Notes under the pieces: model-generated
Database searches by the model: none
Told to the model about the DNA's origin: nothing
What the model saw: only the letters and a program-made list of their open reading frames with translations
DNA from: a virus
Taxonomy: Duplodnaviria; Caudoviricetes
IMG/VR virus record: IMGVR_UViG_3300030060_000625
Location: 1 to 53,690 of that record
DNA: 53,690 bases
Strand: one strand, 5' to 3'
Part shown: one piece after another, positions 50,891 through 53,690 of the stretch
Layout: each line of letters begins with the position of its first letter
How positions within the stretch are numbered: the first letter of the stretch is position 1
Position numbers and translations under genes: made by a program

Positions 50891-53690
50891 CTACAGTCCT
50901 TTAGTAGGATTAGATTCATCATATCTTTTTTGTGATGTTTTATCATAAATGTGTTCAACTAAATTTTGTATAAAAGCAACACCTGCATCACCTTTACTTT
51001 CTATGTTTGCAGCTACATCATCTGAAACTTTTAAAGCATCTCTTAATTGCTGAATATTAACAAGTGCATCTCCTAATTTAAGCTCTCTATTTCCATCTAT
51101 GTTTGAATACATGTTCATTAAACTAACGGCATCAGAACTTAATGATCTAGTAGGAGATACTGTTCCTTGTGGTGTTATTTCATTTCTGTATATAGAACTA
51201 ATTAAAGATTTAATAGCGTTTTGTGTAATATTATTTTTTACATCTGCATCAAGGTCTTTAAATTTTGAAACACGTAAATTTCTGTTACCTGCAAGAGGAC
51301 GAGATTTTTCTAAAACAGGCGTAGGCATTGAATTAAGTATGGGATTAACAACATCTTTTGTAAATATTTTTCCTCTTTGTTCTTTTGATATAGCGTTAAG
51401 ACCAACAACAGGTGAACTGTTTGCTGAATCATTGCCTACATATATATTAGTAATTAAGTTTGGCGGTATCTCTATATAATTAGAAGATTCTGGTAAACTT
51501 TCTTTTAACTCAGGAAGCCTATCTGATAATTTAAAGTTAGCAGCGTTTAAATATAACTCTTTTAAATTATCTTTTGCTAAACCACGATTTAATCTAACCA
51601 TAAAATTAGCTATTTCAGGCCCATCTTTTAACTCAATGTATTTTTGCATCATACTGTTTCTTTCTTTGATGCCTTTAATAACATTTTGTAGTTCTGTAAA
51701 AGAACCTCTACCCATATCGTTACCTGTTTTAGACCAGATAGCTTGATACAAAATAGCAAAGTCTTCGTTGGAGATAGCTCGACCTCCAGACTCTCCCTGC
51801 ACCATTCCTGCAAAAGTATAAGTTAAAGTAACTTTTTGCATGGCGTTTCTAGCTAGAAGGTTATTACGAAACGCTATCATTTTTTGTTTAAAATATTCTC
51901 TTGTATTGTCATTTTGTTTAGCTACTTGAGCTTTTTGAAGAGCATTTTGTATGTTTGTAGAGTATTTTTCACTGTATACTCTTGCTGCGTCTTCAACTTC
52001 TTGTAATTTAAGCTGTGTATTTCTATCATTAATACTATCTGAACCTTGGCTTTTAAAATTATTAGCTTTTAAAATAATATCTCTACCATCAGAGTCTCTA
52101 ACTCTTACTCCGTTTACTGTGCTTCCCAAATTTTGCGCTGCAACTTGAAAAGCTGTAAAAAAATCTTTAAATCTTTCAATAACTCTAACAGTATTTGTTG
52201 AAGCATCAGTGGCTACTTTATAACCTTTTACTGTCATCTCTTCAGTAGACATTTTTAAAAGCTCGCGTAAGTCATTTTTTACATCTACACCTTGCATCAT
52301 AGCATTAAAGATTCGAGCATGTTCGTTAGTAAACTCTCCTCTATCTAAAATTTCACTTATTAAAGCAATATTATCTATATTGTTGCTGTAACTAGCAGTC
52401 ATATCAGTGACTTGATCTAATTTTTTCTCTTCATCACGTAATTTTTGTTTAGGTTTTTTATAATTGTCTTCACTTTCTCCTGGCATTGTGTATGTTGTCA
52501 TAACAGTTACACCGTTAATACTAGAAAAAGTTGGCGATTTAGAACCACGATCAAAATATTCTTCTTGAACAAGTTTATTTACTGCAGTGTCTAAAGCTTT
52601 AGGATCAACTCTTCCATCTACTCTTCTAATATCAAATAACTCAACTACTTTAGCTTTTAAGTTTGCTCTTGCTTGCTCACTATCTGGGTTATCTATAACT
52701 GCACTAAGAGGTTTAAAGATACCTTTTAATCTATCATACTTTTCTTTCTCATTTGGATTTTTTTCAAAGTATGCAGGGTCTGTTTTAATTATCTCATTAT
52801 AAGAGAGTAAGGTATCCAACTCTCCTGTGTTTAAATTACTGTCTTGAAAATTAATAACAAACTTTTCGTTACCATCGGGTGTTTTATATTTTCTAGGTTG
52901 TGGAGTTAAACGTGCTGTATTGGTAGAAGGAACAGTTTTTTCTATGGGTTGATTTTTAACTATTTTAACTTCGGGCACTCTTTTTGGTTCCTCTCCAGCT
53001 TTTCTTATTGGTGAACCTAAAACAGCACCCTGCCCACTTAGTATTATGTCTACAGAATTTTCCTCTATTAAATTATTTTGACGCATAGCTATAGCTTCAT
53101 TTACATTTTGAGCTACTCCATCTTTAACGTCCTGTTTTGCTTTTTCTTCTATAGTTTTAGGTTGTGTTGGAACAACTCCAGTTTTAACATCTACCGTATT
53201 TTTAAATACTTTAAAAAGTTCTGGAAAAAGTTTTTCAAAAGAATCTTTATATGCTGTAATTGCTTGATTACCTTGAGCGTTAATAGATTTAATTCTTCCA
53301 TCATTTCTAGTAAAAATTTTATTTACATCGTTAAATTTTGAAGCATACGTTGTCTTTATTTTTTTTATTAAACCTTGTTTTTCACTAGACCCATCCTGTA
53401 GCAGTTTTAATTCATGTTCTGCACTTTCTAGTTCTGAAAATTTTATAGGTGTTATGTTATCTGGATTACTTTGTACTTGAAATTGAATCTCTGTAGGTGC
53501 ATTTTCTAATCCTTTAAATGCAGTTAAAGTAGGACTATTAGTCATAGCTTCTATACCTGTATGAGGCATAGGTTTAAGTGTAGTCTGACCCGCTGCATTT
53601 GTGTGATGATAAGCTTCTCTATTTGGATGCACTTCTTTAAATAAGTTGTACATTCCAGCATACTGTTTCTTTTCAAAACCTCGCCTATAG
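50891..53690 (-). CDS. 3' part of the junction-spanning ~1124-aa putative internal virion protein
   Basis: Open through the window end; continues from 674..1 via the 99-bp overlap. Confidence 0.8.
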   Translation of the reverse strand, partial: YRRGFEKKQYAGMYNLFKEVHPNREAYHHTNAAGQTTLKPMPHTGIEAMTNSPTLTAFKGLENAPTEIQFQVQSNPDNITPIKFSELESAEHELKLLQDGSSEKQGLIKKIKTTYASKFNDVNKIFTRNDGRIKSINAQGNQAITAYKDSFEKLFPELFKVFKNTVDVKTGVVPTQPKTIEEKAKQDVKDGVAQNVNEAIAMRQNNLIEENSVDIILSGQGAVLGSPIRKAGEEPKRVPEVKIVKNQPIEKTVPSTNTARLTPQPRKYKTPDGNEKFVINFQDSNLNTGELDTLLSYNEIIKTDPAYFEKNPNEKEKYDRLKGIFKPLSAVIDNPDSEQARANLKAKVVELFDIRRVDGRVDPKALDTAVNKLVQEEYFDRGSKSPTFSSINGVTVMTTYTMPGESEDNYKKPKQKLRDEEKKLDQVTDMTASYSNNIDNIALISEILDRGEFTNEHARIFNAMMQGVDVKNDLRELLKMSTEEMTVKGYKVATDASTNTVRVIERFKDFFTAFQVAAQNLGSTVNGVRVRDSDGRDIILKANNFKSQGSDSINDRNTQLKLQEVEDAARVYSEKYSTNIQNALQKAQVAKQNDNTREYFKQKMIAFRNNLLARNAMQKVTLTYTFAGMVQGESGGRAISNEDFAILYQAIWSKTGNDMGRGSFTELQNVIKGIKERNSMMQKYIELKDGPEIANFMVRLNRGLAKDNLKELYLNAANFKLSDRLPELKESLPESSNYIEIPPNLITNIYVGNDSANSSPVVGLNAISKEQRGKIFTKDVVNPILNSMPTPVLEKSRPLAGNRNLRVSKFKDLDADVKNNITQNAIKSLISSIYRNEITPQGTVSPTRSLSSDAVSLMNMYSNIDGNRELKLGDALVNIQQLRDALKVSDDVAANIESKGDAGVAFIQNLVEHIYDKTSQKRYDESNPTKGL
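53592..53690. repeat. Terminal direct repeat, copy 2
   Basis: Identical to 1-99. Confidence 0.95.

Noticed and set aside
1-53690. tRNA genes, introns/inteins or alternative genetic code
   Set aside because: No cloverleaf noticed in the intergenic gaps; Pol, TerL, helicase and RNR are uninterrupted and of normal size; all three stop codons end genes. tRNAscan-SE was not run

Overview
This looks like a complete, circularly assembled dsDNA podovirus genome of about 53.6 kb: bases 1-99 equal 53592-53690, so the unique length is 53,591 bp, and one virion gene reads through the junction. There are three blocks. (i) A minus-strand packaging/morphogenesis arm starts near 29.0 kb and runs TerS, small basic proteins, TerL, an 846-aa protein, portal, a SleB-domain protein, lysozyme, scaffold, major capsid, 2OG-Fe(II) oxygenase, tail adaptor/nozzle/fibres and internal virion proteins, then wraps through the junction to a holin at about 45 kb. 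(ii) A minus-strand block of small, probably early genes covers 29.6-35.5 kb and includes DUF932 and a DenV-like glycosylase. (iii) A plus-strand T7-like replication block covers 35.7-44.7 kb: family A DNA polymerase, SSB, Cas4-like exonuclease, primase-helicase, endonuclease I, DUF3310 and a class II ribonucleotide reductase. I see no RNA polymerase, tRNA or CRISPR array. By recognition only (no search run), it resembles marine alphaproteobacterial podoviruses with an HMO-2011-like capsid/packaging module and a Cobavirus-like replication module. The most striking unexplained signals are: a tyrosine-recombinase catalytic signature inside the large protein between TerL and portal; a GGCTGACAATT DNA motif arrayed at two loci, once with exact 21-bp phasing; a [MYW]xxGGx[VIM] peptide tag shared by unrelated late proteins; a twin-hairpin RNA element upstream of the scaffold gene; back-to-back perfect sigma70 promoters with 16-bp spacers; and a tandem T7/T3-promoter-like repeat in a genome with no RNAP. 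All product calls come from motif recognition and gene order.
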